From assembly GCA_964291285.2 (NCBI GenBank), contig OZ219785.1, positions 224,001 to 288,000 of the forward strand: a DNA stretch of 64,000 bases, in the 5' to 3' direction. The position numbers and the translations under genes were made by a program. Every line of letters begins with the position of its first letter. Position 1 is the stretch's first letter. Of this stretch, positions 8,958 through 19,512 are shown one piece after another. Source of the DNA: Alphaproteobacteria bacterium (GTDB taxonomy: Bacteria > Pseudomonadota > Alphaproteobacteria > Bin95). Below the pieces are notes generated by a model. The model was not told where the DNA came from. It saw only the letters and a list, made by a program, of their open reading frames with translations, and searched no databases.

Positions 8958-9656
8958 TCAGCGGTCGAGGTCGAGCGCGTAGCCGCCGGAGCGCACGGTG
9001 CGGATCGCGTCCGGCTCGCCTTCGCCGTTCAGCGCCTTGCGCAGCCGGCGGATGTGGACGTCGACCGTGCGCTCCTCGACATAGACGTCCCGTCCCCAGA
9101 CGGCGTCGAGCAGTTGCGTGCGGCTCAGCACCCGCGTCGGCCGTTCCATGAAGGTCCGCAAAAGGCGGTATTCCTTCGGACCGAGATGCACGCCGCGACC
9201 ATCCCGCGAGACGCGGTGCCGGACAAGGTCGATGACGATGCCGCGATATTCGAGCCTCTCCTCCACCAGGGCCGGATGCGCCCGGCGCAGCACCGCCTTG
9301 AGCCGCGCCTCCAGCTCCTTCGGCGAGAACGGCTTGACGATGTAGTCGTCGGCGCCGGTATCAAGGCCGCGCACCCGGTCGGCTTCCTCGCCCCGCGCCG
9401 TCAGCAGGATGATCGGCAGCATCCGCGTCGCCGCCTTCGCGCGCAACTGCCGGCAGACCTCAATTCCAGACTTGTGCGGAAGCATCCAGTCCAGCAGCAC
9501 CGCGTCCGGCCGGTCCTCGGCCACCCGTTCGAGTGCCTCGTCGCCGTCCGCCGCCACCGATACCGAATAGCCGGACGTCTCGAGGTTGTAGCGCAGCAGT
9601 TCGACGATGGGCATTTCGTCCTCGACGACAAGGACGTGCGGCCGTTCTGTGCTCAT
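8958..9656 (-). CDS. phoB: Phosphate regulon response regulator PhoB
   Basis: REC domain (LLDWMLP, GADDYIVKPFSPKEL) plus winged helix (VWGRDVYVEERTVDVHIRRLRKAL); follows phoU. Confidence 0.95.
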   Translation of the reverse strand: MSTERPHVLVVEDEMPIVELLRYNLETSGYSVSVAADGDEALERVAEDRPDAVLLDWMLPHKSGIEVCRQLRAKAATRMLPIILLTARGEEADRVRGLDTGADDYIVKPFSPKELEARLKAVLRRAHPALVEERLEYRGIVIDLVRHRVSRDGRGVHLGPKEYRLLRTFMERPTRVLSRTQLLDAVWGRDVYVEERTVDVHIRRLRKALNGEGEPDAIRTVRSGGYALDLDR

Positions 9657-10372
9657 TGGCTGTCCGCCTCCGGAACGAGGGTGTTGGTCGGGTCGTGCGT
9701 CTGGCGCTCCTGCGGCCGGGTGCCGAGCACGGCGTAGCCGATCTGCTCGGCGATATTGGTCGTATGGTCGCCGACCCGTTCCAGGTTCTTCGCCACGAAG
9801 AGCAGATGAGTGCAGGGCCCGATATTGCGCGGGTCCTCCATCATGTAGGTCAGCAATTCGCGGAACAGGCTCGCATAGTGCTGGTCCACCTCGGCATCGC
9901 GGGCGCATACGTCGGCGGCGGCCTCGGCATCGCGCGCGGTCCAGGCGTCCAGCACCTGCTTGATCATCGTCTGCACGACCTGCGCCATGGAAGCGATGGA
10001 GACTGTTGTGGGCAATGGCGGGAAGCGGCTGACCGCGAGCGTACGTCCGGCAATGTTCTTGGCCAAGTCCCCGATCCGCTCGAGGTCGGACGAGATCTTG
10101 ATGGCGGCGAAGATGGTTCTGAGATCGGCTGCGACCGGCTGGCGCAATGCCACAAGGCGCACGCTGAAAAGGTCGATCTCGATGTCGAGCGCGTCGATCT
10201 CCTTGTCGCGGACGACGATCTGTTCCGCGAGTTCGGTATTGCTGCGGCAGAGCGCCTCCACTGCAGCGGCGAGCTGCGCCTCCGCCATGCCGCCCATCTC
10301 GGCCAACCGGTTGTCGAGTTGACGCAACTCCTCGTCGAAGGCCTTCGAGATATGTTCGACGCGGTCGTTCAT
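9653..10372 (-). CDS. phoU: Phosphate signalling protein PhoU
   Basis: ALRQPVAADLR, DLERIGDLAKNIA, KNLERVGDHTTNIAE. Confidence 0.96.
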   Translation of the reverse strand: MNDRVEHISKAFDEELRQLDNRLAEMGGMAEAQLAAAVEALCRSNTELAEQIVVRDKEIDALDIEIDLFSVRLVALRQPVAADLRTIFAAIKISSDLERIGDLAKNIAGRTLAVSRFPPLPTTVSIASMAQVVQTMIKQVLDAWTARDAEAAADVCARDAEVDQHYASLFRELLTYMMEDPRNIGPCTHLLFVAKNLERVGDHTTNIAEQIGYAVLGTRPQERQTHDPTNTLVPEADSQ

Positions 10373-10396
10373 GGGAAGCTTTCTCCTACCCTCCCC

Positions 10397-11170
10397 TCAG
10401 CCGATATGGCCGGATATATAGGATTCCGTACGCGGATCGACAGGCTGGGTGAACACCGTGTCGGTGTCGCCGACCTCGACAAGGTCGCCCAGATGGAAGA
10501 AGGCCGTGCGTTGCGAGACGCGCGCGGCCTGCTGCATCGAATGAGTCACGATAACGATGGTGAAGTTCTGCTTGAGCTCGTCCATCAGCGCCTCGATGCG
10601 TGCCGTGGCGATGGGATCGAGTGCGGAGCAGGGCTCGTCCATCAGGATGACCTCCGGGCGCACGGCGATCGCGCGCGCGATGCACAGGCGCTGCTGCTGC
10701 CCGCCCGAGAGCCCGGTCGCGGGCTCACTGAGACGGTCCTTTACCTCGTCCCAGAGCCCGGCGCGCTCGAGGCTGGATGCGACGACCTCGTCCAATTCGG
10801 CGCGGGAGCGCGTCAGCCCGTGGATCTTCGGCCCGTAGGCGACATTGTCGTAGATCGATTTCGGGAACGGATTGGGCTTCTGAAACACCATGCCTATCCG
10901 GGCGCGGAGATAGACGAGGTCCACCGCGGAGTCGTAGATATCCTCGCCGTCGAGGCGAATATCCCCGTCCACCCGGCAGATCTCGATCAGGTCGTTCATG
11001 CGGTTGAGGCAGCGCAGGAAGGTGGACTTGCCGCACCCGGACGGCCCGATCAGGGCCGTGACTTCGTGCTCACGAATGTCGAGATCGACCTGCTTCAGCG
11101 CGTGCGCGTCGCCGTAGAAGACATTGACGCCTCGCGCCGTCAGCTTGGGCATGGCATCGCTTGGGGACAT
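10397..11170 (-). CDS. pstB: Phosphate ABC transporter ATP-binding protein
   Basis: [53 protein letters not shown]; start could be 11152. Confidence 0.96.
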   Translation of the reverse strand: MSPSDAMPKLTARGVNVFYGDAHALKQVDLDIREHEVTALIGPSGCGKSTFLRCLNRMNDLIEICRVDGDIRLDGEDIYDSAVDLVYLRARIGMVFQKPNPFPKSIYDNVAYGPKIHGLTRSRAELDEVVASSLERAGLWDEVKDRLSEPATGLSGGQQQRLCIARAIAVRPEVILMDEPCSALDPIATARIEALMDELKQNFTIVIVTHSMQQAARVSQRTAFFHLGDLVEVGDTDTVFTQPVDPRTESYISGHIG

Positions 11171-11190
11171 GTCCAGCAAAGTCGGTCCTC

Positions 11191-12471
11191 CTACCACCGG
11201 CGTTCGAAACGCCGGCGCAGAATGACGGCCGTCAGGTTCATGACGACCAGGAACGCCAGAAGGACAATGATAGCCGCGGCGGTCTTCTCGGCGAAGGCGC
11301 GTTCCGGGCTGTCGGCCCAGATGTAGATCTGCACCGGCAGGGCGGACGCCGGATCGAGCAGACCCTGGGGCACATCCACGATAAAGGCGACCATGCCGAT
11401 CATGATGAGCGGCGCGGACTCGCCGAGCGCCTGGGCCATGCCGATGATCGTGCCGGTCATGATGCCCGGCATGGCCAGCGGCAGCGTGTGGTGGAGCATG
11501 GCCTGCATCCGGCTGGCGCCGAGGCCGATGGCGGCCTCCCGGATCGAGGGCGGCACCGCGCGCAGCGAGGCCCGCGTGGCGATAATGATCGTCGGCAGGG
11601 TCATGAGCGCCAGCACCATGCCGCCGACCAGCGGTGCCGACCTCGTCAACCCCATGAACCCGAGGAAAATTGCAAGGCCCAGCAGTCCGAAGACGATGGA
11701 GGGCACCGCGGCGAGGTTGTTGATGTTGATCTCGATGAGGTCCGTCCACCGGTTGCGCGGCGCAAACTCCTCCAGATAGATCGCCGTCATCACGCCCAGC
11801 GGGAAGCTCAGCACGAGGCAGGTCATGAGCGCGAAGAAGGAGCCGGAGATCGCGCCGAGAATGCCGGCGAGTTCCGGTTCCCGGCTGTCGCCGCTGGAGA
11901 AGAAGCGCCAGTTGAACGTGCTGCGGATGCGGCCCTCCTCGTCCAGCCGGTCGAGCCAGGCCAACTGCTTGTCGTTGAAACGCCCGGATTCTCGGGCGGT
12001 CGCGCCCTTGAGCAGCATGTCCACTTCGTCGTCGGCCGGCACCCAGACGCGCATCGTCTGCCCGATCGCGCCGGGGTCTTCGAGGACCAGTTCGCGCAGT
12101 TCGAAACCGGCGCCCGCGCTCACCAACTCCATGAGCTTGCGCCGGTCCCGTCGCTTGCGCACCGCCTCGGGAAAGATTTCGCCGAGCGCCGCACGGACGA
12201 CGGCACGGTAGTTGGCGGTCGAAAGGGTTTCCGGGTCGCGTGTGCCGGAGGGGTCGAGAATGCTCTCGTCGAGGGTGACGTCAAGCGCGATCTCGGCCTG
12301 CGAGAAGGCGCCGATGCCCTTGGAACCGATCGCGCCGATGAGCAGGACCAGAAAGGCGAGAGCAACGCCGATGGCGGCGATGCCGTAGATGCGGAAACGC
12401 GCCTCGGCCCGCCGCCGCCGCGGCAGCGACGCCAGGATCGTTTCGGTCGGGCTCTGCCGCGGGTCAGTCAT
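11191..12471 (-). CDS. pstA: Phosphate ABC transporter permease PstA
   Basis: [33 protein letters not shown]. Confidence 0.95.
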   Translation of the reverse strand: MTDPRQSPTETILASLPRRRRAEARFRIYGIAAIGVALAFLVLLIGAIGSKGIGAFSQAEIALDVTLDESILDPSGTRDPETLSTANYRAVVRAALGEIFPEAVRKRRDRRKLMELVSAGAGFELRELVLEDPGAIGQTMRVWVPADDEVDMLLKGATARESGRFNDKQLAWLDRLDEEGRIRSTFNWRFFSSGDSREPELAGILGAISGSFFALMTCLVLSFPLGVMTAIYLEEFAPRNRWTDLIEININNLAAVPSIVFGLLGLAIFLGFMGLTRSAPLVGGMVLALMTLPTIIIATRASLRAVPPSIREAAIGLGASRMQAMLHHTLPLAMPGIMTGTIIGMAQALGESAPLIMIGMVAFIVDVPQGLLDPASALPVQIYIWADSPERAFAEKTAAAIIVLLAFLVVMNLTAVILRRRFERRW

Positions 12472-13468
12472 AGCGTTCCTGGTAGCGGCGCACGAGCATG
12501 AGCGCGATGAGGTTCAGGATCAGCGTCGCGATGAACAGCAGCAGGCCGAGCGCGAAGGCGGCCAGCGTCTTCGGGCTGTCGAATTCCTGATCACCGGTCA
12601 GCAGGGCGACCATCTGCACCGTGATGGTGGTTACGGCCTGAAGCGGATTGACGGTCAGGTGGGCGGAGAGGCCGGCCGCCATGACCACGATCATGGTCTC
12701 CCCGATGGCGCGCGAGACGCCGAGCAGCAGCGCACCGCCGATTCCGGGAAGAGCGGCCGGGAGCACCACGTCTTTGACGGTCTCCGACTTGGTCGCGCCC
12801 AGTCCGTAAGCGCCTTCGCGCAGGGACTGCGGCACGGCCGAGATTACGTCGTCGGCGAGTGAGGAGACGATGGGCACGATCATCACGCCCATCACCATGC
12901 CGGCGGCGAGCGCGCTCTCCGAGGAGACCTCGAAGCCGATGGACTCCGAGGAGTCCCGTACGAAAGGTGCAACGACCAGCACTGCGAAGAAGCCATAGAC
13001 TACAGTCGGGATGCCGGCCAAGATTTCCAGGATCGGCTTTGCGAACGATCGGGCGCGGGGCGTTGCGTATTCCGCGAGATAAATGGCGGAAAGCAACCCT
13101 AGCGGCCCCGCGACCGTCATCGCCACGGCGGCGATGAGCCCGGTGCCGACCAGCAGCGGGATCACGCCGAACGCGCCGCTCGACCCGACCTGGTCCTCGC
13201 GTATGGCGATCTGCGGGCTCCAGTTCAGCCCGAACAGGAAGTCGAACAGCGGAACCGCTTCGAGGAACCGGATGGTCTCGAAAAGAAGCGAGAGCACGAT
13301 CCCGACGGTGGTGAGGATCGCGACAAGCGAACTGGCGATGAGGAGCCCGAGCAGGATGCGCTCGCCCAGCACCTGGCGGGCGCGCCGTCCTTCCGGCGCC
13401 GCCAGCAGCGAAGAGCGCGGCGCGCTCTCCACCGTTGCGACTGCCTGCGCCATGCCGGGCTCCACCAA
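12464..13468 (-). CDS. pstC: Phosphate ABC transporter permease PstC
   Basis: AIYLAEYA, ILAGIPTVVYGFF, SRAIGETMIV, TGDQEFDS; start uncertain (13468 GTG or 13453 ATG). Confidence 0.93.
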   Translation of the reverse strand: MVEPGMAQAVATVESAPRSSLLAAPEGRRARQVLGERILLGLLIASSLVAILTTVGIVLSLLFETIRFLEAVPLFDFLFGLNWSPQIAIREDQVGSSGAFGVIPLLVGTGLIAAVAMTVAGPLGLLSAIYLAEYATPRARSFAKPILEILAGIPTVVYGFFAVLVVAPFVRDSSESIGFEVSSESALAAGMVMGVMIVPIVSSLADDVISAVPQSLREGAYGLGATKSETVKDVVLPAALPGIGGALLLGVSRAIGETMIVVMAAGLSAHLTVNPLQAVTTITVQMVALLTGDQEFDSPKTLAAFALGLLLFIATLILNLIALMLVRRYQERYD

Positions 13469-13477
13469 CGCCCGGCC

Positions 13478-14524
13478 TTACATCGACAGGTTCTGAAGAC
13501 CGTTGGCCGCCGCGCTCCATTCCTTGCGCTCGGCGTCGGACATCGGGATCAGGCCCTTGTCGGCCAGATAGCCCTCGGGGCCCCAGGTCGCCTCGTTCGT
13601 GAACTCGGCGATGAACTCGGCGATGCCGGGCACCTGGCCGACATGCGCCTTCTTCACATAGAAGAACAGCGCGCGCGAGACAGGGTAGTTGCCGTCGGCG
13701 ATCTCTTCGAATTCCGGTGCCACGCCATTGACGGTGCTGCCCTGCAGCTTGTCGGCGTTCTGGTCGAGGAAGCTGAAGCCGAAGATGCCGAGCGCGCGCG
13801 GATTGGTCGTCAGCTTCTGCACGATCAGATTGTCGTTCTCGCCGGCCTCGATATAGGCACCGTCCTCGCGGATTGTGTGGCAGAGCTTCTTGTAGGCCTT
13901 CTTGTCCGCCTTCTTCATGGCCTTGATCCCGGCGAACTTCTTGCAGCCGCCTTCCATGGCAAGCTCGACGAAGGCGTCGCGCGTGCCGGAGGTCGCGGGC
14001 GGGCCGAGCACCTCGATGCGCACATCGGGCAGGGCCGGATTGACGTCCTTCCAGGTCTCGTAGGGGTTCGCCTTCAGCTCGCAGGCGTCCGCCTTCTCGC
14101 AAGCGCCGGCCGGCACGTCGTGCGCGAGCGCGAGGAAGACATCCTTGAGGGTCAGTGACATCTGCTTGGTGTCGCGGGAGTTCGCGAGCACGATGCCGTC
14201 ATAGCCGACCTTGACCTCGATCACGTCCGCAATGCCGTTTTCCGCGCACTTCTTCACTTCCTTGGTCTTGATGCGGCGCGAGGCGTTGGTGATGTCGGGA
14301 TGGCCTTCGCCGATCCCCGTGCAGAACAGCTTGAGCCCGCCGCCCGAGCCGGTCGACTCGACGATCGGGGTCTTGAAGGAGGTCGTCTTGCCGAACCGCT
14401 CGGCCACCGCCGTCGAGAACGGGAACACGGTCGAGGATCCGACGATGCGGATCTGGTCGCGGGCCTCTGCAGCGCCCGCAACCGCCACGCCGGCGAGCAG
14501 CCCGGCGATCAGCGTCTTTTTCAT
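13478..14524 (-). CDS. pstS: Phosphate ABC transporter substrate-binding protein
   Basis: Signal peptide followed by ARDQIRIVGSSTVFPF, ESTGSGGGLKLFC, PPATSGTRDAF. Confidence 0.95.
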   Translation of the reverse strand: MKKTLIAGLLAGVAVAGAAEARDQIRIVGSSTVFPFSTAVAERFGKTTSFKTPIVESTGSGGGLKLFCTGIGEGHPDITNASRRIKTKEVKKCAENGIADVIEVKVGYDGIVLANSRDTKQMSLTLKDVFLALAHDVPAGACEKADACELKANPYETWKDVNPALPDVRIEVLGPPATSGTRDAFVELAMEGGCKKFAGIKAMKKADKKAYKKLCHTIREDGAYIEAGENDNLIVQKLTTNPRALGIFGFSFLDQNADKLQGSTVNGVAPEFEEIADGNYPVSRALFFYVKKAHVGQVPGIAEFIAEFTNEATWGPEGYLADKGLIPMSDAERKEWSAAANGLQNLSM

Positions 14525-14649
14525 CTGGAAGCGTCCCTTGTTGACATGGTTAGGGCGGCGGTCATGCTTGTGCCCGGCCGCCTGCTGCCACCTTGCTGCG
14601 CGGCAGTGATGCGACCGTTGCAAACTCGTGTCACAGGTACTGCGTTTTC

Positions 14650-14667
14650 ATTACGGTAATGTGACGC
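14650..14667 (-). promoter_or_regulatory. Putative PHO box upstream of pstS
   Basis: Minus strand GCGTCAC-atta-CCGTAAT (7-4-7, 11-bp period); an additional TTGTCAT half-site at 14697-14691. Confidence 0.55.
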
Positions 14668-14701
14668 CGCTGGCCGCGCCCAACGGAATTATGACAAAGG
14701 C

Positions 14702-15736
14702 CTAAGGGGCGTTTGCGCCCTCGGCGGACGGCAGATAAACGGTGAAACAGCTTCCCCGGCCGACCGTGCTTGTTGCCGCTATGCGCCCGCGATGCCGGTT
14801 CACGATGTGCTTCACGATGGCGAGGCCGAGCCCGGTGCCGCCGAGTTGCCGGGAGCGGGCCTTGTCCGCGCGGTAGAAGCGCTCCGTCAGCCGCGGCAGG
14901 TCGTCCTCCTCGATTCCGGGACCGGCATCGATCACGGCGATGCGCGCGCCGGGCAGGCCGATATCGGGAATGCGGGAGACCACCGCCGCTTCCAGCCGCA
15001 CGTCGTCGCCGCCATATTTTATCGCATTGTCCAGCAGGTTCTCGAAAACCTGCGTGAGTTCGTCCGGGTCGCCGAGCACGGGCGGCAGCCCGTCCGCGAT
15101 GTCGAGGGCGACCGGCCTGTCCGAGCGCGCCGCCAACGTCTCCGCGACGCCTTTCAGCAGCGGCGCGAGTTCGAGCGCGGTCTCCGGCCGGATGTGCTCG
15201 CGCGCCTCGACGCGCGCCAGCGACAGCAGGTCGTCCACGAGCCGCGACATGCGCGCGGCCTCCGCGTCCATGATCTCGAGGAACCGGGTCCGCGCCTCCG
15301 GGTCGTTCGCCGCCGGCCCGCGCAGGGTTTCGATAAAGCCGATCAGCGTCGCCAGCGGCGAGCGGAGTTCATGACTTACATTGGAGACGAAATCGGCGCG
15401 CATCCGCTCGTTCTGCCGGAGCGCGGTGACATCGCGCATGATGACGAGGACGCCGCCCTGCCCGCCGGGAGCGGCGAGTGCCTGCAAGTCGAAGGCGCGC
15501 GCGATCGGCACCGGCAGGCTGACCTCGACGCCGTGCTGGCCGCCTTCCGTCAGCACGGCATCCACGGCACGGAGCGCATCCGGGTGGCGCAGGCTGTGGC
15601 TGAGGTCCCGGCCGAGGGCGGGATCGCCCAGCACCGCGCGCGCCGCCGGGTTGATGCGCATGACGACCCGCCCGGCGTCCAGCAGCAGGACGGGATCGGG
15701 CAAGGAGTCGAGAATGTCTGTGGCGAGATTGTTCAT
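14702..15736 (-). CDS. phoR: PAS-domain sensor histidine kinase PhoR
   Basis: RADFVSNVSHELRSPL, NLLDNAIKY, ERFYRADKARSR, GGTGLGLAIVKH; directly upstream of pstS. Confidence 0.9.
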   Translation of the reverse strand: MNNLATDILDSLPDPVLLLDAGRVVMRINPAARAVLGDPALGRDLSHSLRHPDALRAVDAVLTEGGQHGVEVSLPVPIARAFDLQALAAPGGQGGVLVIMRDVTALRQNERMRADFVSNVSHELRSPLATLIGFIETLRGPAANDPEARTRFLEIMDAEAARMSRLVDDLLSLARVEAREHIRPETALELAPLLKGVAETLAARSDRPVALDIADGLPPVLGDPDELTQVFENLLDNAIKYGGDDVRLEAAVVSRIPDIGLPGARIAVIDAGPGIEEDDLPRLTERFYRADKARSRQLGGTGLGLAIVKHIVNRHRGRIAATSTVGRGSCFTVYLPSAEGANAP

Positions 15737-15789
15737 GCGGCCCTAAAGTGCATGAAATATATGACGATTCGATGCGAGGATACCCTGCG

Positions 15790-17376
15790 ATGCGCGATTT
15801 CCACCTTCCGGGCCGGTCTCCCGTCCGCGCAGCCAACGCAATGGTTGCCACCAGCCAGCCTTCCGCGACGCTCGCCGGGGTGGAGGTGCTGCGGGCGGGC
15901 GGCAACGCCGTCGATGCCGCGGTCGCCGCCTGCGCCGTGATGTGCGTGACGGAGCCGCAGTCCACCGGAATCGGCGGGGACTGCTTCTGCCTCTATGCGC
16001 CGGCGGGCGCAGACGCGCCGATTGCGCTCAACGGATCGGGCCATGCGCCGGCGGCGCTGTCGGCGGAGTGGCTGGCGGAGCGCGGCGTGAACGCACTCGA
16101 CGAGTCGAGTCCCCATGCGGTGACCGTGCCGGGCGCCGTCGACGCCTGGGAGCAGCTTCTGGAAGACCATGGCAGCAAGGGCCTCGACGAGCTCCTGCAA
16201 CCGGCGATCCGCTACGCCGAGGAAGGCTTCGTCGTCCACGCCCGCACGGCTGCGGACTGGAGCGATTCCGCGGACCGCCTTGCCGGCGACGCCGACACGG
16301 CGGCGCGCTTCCTGCCGGGCGGCAAAGCCGTCGGGGAAGGCCGCGCATTCCGCCAGCCCGAGCTCACGGCGACGCTGAAGCGGATTGCCCGCGAAGGCCG
16401 GTCGGCGTTCTACGAGGGCGAGGTCGCGGCGGACATGGTGGGCAAGCTGCGCACGCTCGGCGGGCTGCACACGGAAGAGGATTTCGCCGCCCGCAATGCG
16501 GAATATGTCGAGCCGGTCTCGACCGACTACCGCGGCTATACCGTGTACGAATGTCCACCGAACGGCGTCGGCGTCATCGCGTTGCTCATGCTCAACATGC
16601 TGGAGGGCTTCGAGCCGGCCGACGACCCCCTTTCGGTGGACCGCATGCACCGGCTCGTCGAGGCGACGCGGCTCGCCTACCGGGACCGCAACGCCTTTGT
16701 CGCCGACCCGGCCGACGCCGATGTGCCGCTGGATATGCTGCTCTCGAAGGACTATGCAGCGGTACTCGGCGGGACGATCTGCGAAGACCGCGCCGCGCCT
16801 GCCCTGCCGCCTGCCGGCTGGCCCCGGCATGAGGACACGGTCTATCTCTCTGTGGTGGACCGGGACGGCAATGCCTGCTCCTTCATCAACTCGCTGTTCA
16901 AGTCCTTCGGCAGCGCCATCCTGGCGCCGACATCGGGCGTGATGCTGCACAATCGCGGGCTCGGCTTCTCGCTGGAACCCGGCCATCCGAACGCGGTGCG
17001 CCCGAACCGGCGCCCGATGCACACCATCATCCCGGCCATGCTGGCAAAAGACGGCCGCGCGGTCATGCCGTTCGGCGTCATGGGCGGCCACTACCAGCCG
17101 GTCGGCCAGTCCTGGGTTCTGTCCTCGATGCTGGACCACGGCATGGACCCGCAGGCGGCGCTCGACCTGCCGCGCCTCTTTGCCTATGACGGCCGGGTCG
17201 AGGTTGAGCGCGGCATTCCCGAGGCCGCCTGCGCGGAACTCCGCCGCCGGGGCCACGACCTCGCGCCGGCGGGCCGCCCGCACGGCGGCGGCCAGGCGAT
17301 CTGGATCGACCGCGACTCGGGCACGCTGGTGGCGGGCTCCGATCCGCGCAAGGACGGCCTCGCGCTCGGATACTGA
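15790..17376 (+). CDS. ggt: Gamma-glutamyltransferase family protein
   Basis: GGNAVDAAVA, GIGGDCF, DTVYLSVVD (Thr nucleophile), FGVMGG, GSDPRKDG. Confidence 0.9.
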   Translation: MRDFHLPGRSPVRAANAMVATSQPSATLAGVEVLRAGGNAVDAAVAACAVMCVTEPQSTGIGGDCFCLYAPAGADAPIALNGSGHAPAALSAEWLAERGVNALDESSPHAVTVPGAVDAWEQLLEDHGSKGLDELLQPAIRYAEEGFVVHARTAADWSDSADRLAGDADTAARFLPGGKAVGEGRAFRQPELTATLKRIAREGRSAFYEGEVAADMVGKLRTLGGLHTEEDFAARNAEYVEPVSTDYRGYTVYECPPNGVGVIALLMLNMLEGFEPADDPLSVDRMHRLVEATRLAYRDRNAFVADPADADVPLDMLLSKDYAAVLGGTICEDRAAPALPPAGWPRHEDTVYLSVVDRDGNACSFINSLFKSFGSAILAPTSGVMLHNRGLGFSLEPGHPNAVRPNRRPMHTIIPAMLAKDGRAVMPFGVMGGHYQPVGQSWVLSSMLDHGMDPQAALDLPRLFAYDGRVEVERGIPEAACAELRRRGHDLAPAGRPHGGGQAIWIDRDSGTLVAGSDPRKDGLALGY

Positions 17377-17412
17377 GCCGCGCCGGGCACGGCAGGAACG
17401 GGAGGCGGGCCT

Positions 17413-18204
17413 ATGGCCGGACGCCTGAACAGCAAGGTTGTTGTGGTCACGGGAGCGGCCTCGCGCGGCGAGGGCGTCGGCACCGGCAAGGCGATCGCCG
17501 TTCTCTCGGCGCGCGAGGGGGCGAAGGTGGTGCTGGTCAACCGCTCGGCCGAACGCGCCGAGGGGCTGGCGGAGGAAATCCGCGCGGAGGGCGGCGAGGC
17601 GTTCGTGTTCGCGGGCGACGTGACCGAGGAAGCCGACGCGGGCGCGATGGCGGAGGCGGCCGAAGCGCATTTCGGGCGCATCGACGCGCTCGTGAACAAT
17701 GTCGGCGGCTCACGTCAGCAGGGCGCGGTGATGGAGATCGGCCGCGAGGGGTGGGATGCGACGCTCGCCGTCAACCTCACCTCCACCATGCTCTGCTCGC
17801 GGGCCTGCATCCCCGCCATGCAGCGCGCGGGCGGCGGGTCGATCCTGAACATCTCCTCCGTGGTCGGCGCACGCGGCCTGCTGAGCAGCACCGGCTCCGT
17901 CGCCTACGCCTCGGCCAAGGCGGGCCTCCACGGCCTCACCATGTCGCTCGCCACCGACTACGCGAAAGACGCGATCCGCTGCAATTGCATCATCGTCGGC
18001 ACGATCTTCACGCCGATGGTCGCGCACCAGGGCCCGGAAGCACGGGCGCGGCGGGCGGCGATGGTGCCGCTCGGCACGGAGGGCACCGGCTGGGACATCG
18101 GCTGGGCCGCCGTCTATCTCACCAGCGACGAGGCGCGCTGGATCACCGGCGTGCTGCTGCCGGTCGATGCCGGCCTCCTCGCCATCCGCGACTGGCCGCG
18201 ATAG
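17413..18204 (+). CDS. Short-chain dehydrogenase/reductase
   Basis: VVTGAAS..G.G, LVNNVG, NISS, YASAK. Confidence 0.9.
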   Translation: MAGRLNSKVVVVTGAASRGEGVGTGKAIAVLSAREGAKVVLVNRSAERAEGLAEEIRAEGGEAFVFAGDVTEEADAGAMAEAAEAHFGRIDALVNNVGGSRQQGAVMEIGREGWDATLAVNLTSTMLCSRACIPAMQRAGGGSILNISSVVGARGLLSSTGSVAYASAKAGLHGLTMSLATDYAKDAIRCNCIIVGTIFTPMVAHQGPEARARRAAMVPLGTEGTGWDIGWAAVYLTSDEARWITGVLLPVDAGLLAIRDWPR

Positions 18205-18216
18205 GCGGGGCAGGCG

Positions 18217-18561
18217 TTACTGCGGGTAGAGGCGGAAGGCGACGCGAGCGCCGGACCCTTCCCGGCTGACGGTGAGCGACAGCATCTCGCCCTCCCGGCG
18301 GAACAGACCCTCTCCCGCCGGCTGCCAGCCGAGCTGCGGCAGCGCCTCCGCGTACCAGCTGCGAATGCGCGCTTCCGGCACGGTCCCGGTCGCCGCCGCC
18401 TCGACGATACGCCCGCCGGGCTTGTCGAACGCCACCGCAGAGCCAGGCTCGACCTCCAGCCCCGCCATCAGCGGCAGGGCCTCGAAGCCCGGCACATAGC
18501 GCTCCTCGGCCTGCATGCCCGAAGCGAACAGGCACAGGACGAGGATCAGCGCGAACCTCAT
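18217..18561 (-). CDS. Hypothetical exported protein
   Basis: Signal-like N-terminus MRFALILVLCLFASGMQA; protein-like LPLMAGL..FDKPGGRIV..WYAEALPQLGW. Confidence 0.7.
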   Translation of the reverse strand: MRFALILVLCLFASGMQAEERYVPGFEALPLMAGLEVEPGSAVAFDKPGGRIVEAAATGTVPEARIRSWYAEALPQLGWQPAGEGLFRREGEMLSLTVSREGSGARVAFRLYPQ

Positions 18562-18695
18562 GGCCGACAGTTCCCGGACATCGTCATGGCTGATTCGCCG
18601 CTCCTCCCTCGCACGCCGGCCGTACCCTGCGGCAAAGCCTGCCGCAGGCGGGAAAACGGTATGTCCGGCGGGCGTCCGTTGCAAGCCTTCGCCGC

Positions 18696-19512
18696 CTACC
18701 CGCCGGAGCCGCGCATCCGGCGGCCCTCGGGGTCGAAGGCGGGTGCGAAGCGCAGGCGGCCGGGACGGCGGTCCCCGGCGATGTTGATCTCGACTTCTGC
18801 GCCGTCCGACACGCCGGAGACATGGGCGAGCGCCAGCGGACGGCCGATACGGTAGCCGAACGCCGCGGAGGTCGTCTGCCCTGCTATGCGTCCGTCGAAG
18901 CAGACCGGCTCGTGGCCGAGCGGCACGGCATCCGGATCGTCGAGCACGATCGTGGCCAGGGTCCGCCGTCCCGTCTTCCGCCGTTCGGCGAGCGCGTCCG
19001 AGCCGATGAAGCTCTTCTTCCGCGAGCACAGCCGGTCGAGCCCCGCCTCGACGGGGCCGATATCACCGTCGAGCTCGTGGCCCATCGCCGCGAAGCCTTT
19101 CTCGATCCGCATCGAGGTCTGCGCATGGAGGCCCGCAGGTGCGGTGCCGGCCTCCCTGAGCGCGGCGTAGATGGCGGAGGCATCCGCCGCCCGGCAGGTC
19201 AGTTCCCATCCGGCCTCGCCCACATAGGAGAGGCGCGCGGCCTGCACCCGCCGTCCGGCGAGATTCGCGCCTGCATGCCTGAAATAGCCGAGCGCGTTCA
19301 GCTCCGGCGCGCCCAGCGCCTCCACGATCCGGGCGCTGTCGGGGCCCATCAGGCCGAGCACTGCATAGGCTTCCGTCACGTCCCGGAGCGCGACCTCGAA
19401 GCCCTCGGCATGGCGGCGGAACCAGGCGAGGTCGCGCGCGATGGCCGCCGCGCCGGTGAAGAGCCTGTACCGGTCTGCGGAGAGGCGCTGTGCTGTGAGG
19501 TCGCTCTCATAG
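18696..19512 (-). pseudogene. 5'-truncated GcvT-family (sarcosine/dimethylglycine dehydrogenase-like) gene
   Basis: C-terminal aminomethyltransferase motifs (ARLSYVGEAGWEL, SMRIEKG, GQTTSAAFGY, FDPEGRRMR); the frame runs straight into the IS end at 19513 and the N-terminal part is absent. Confidence 0.85.
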
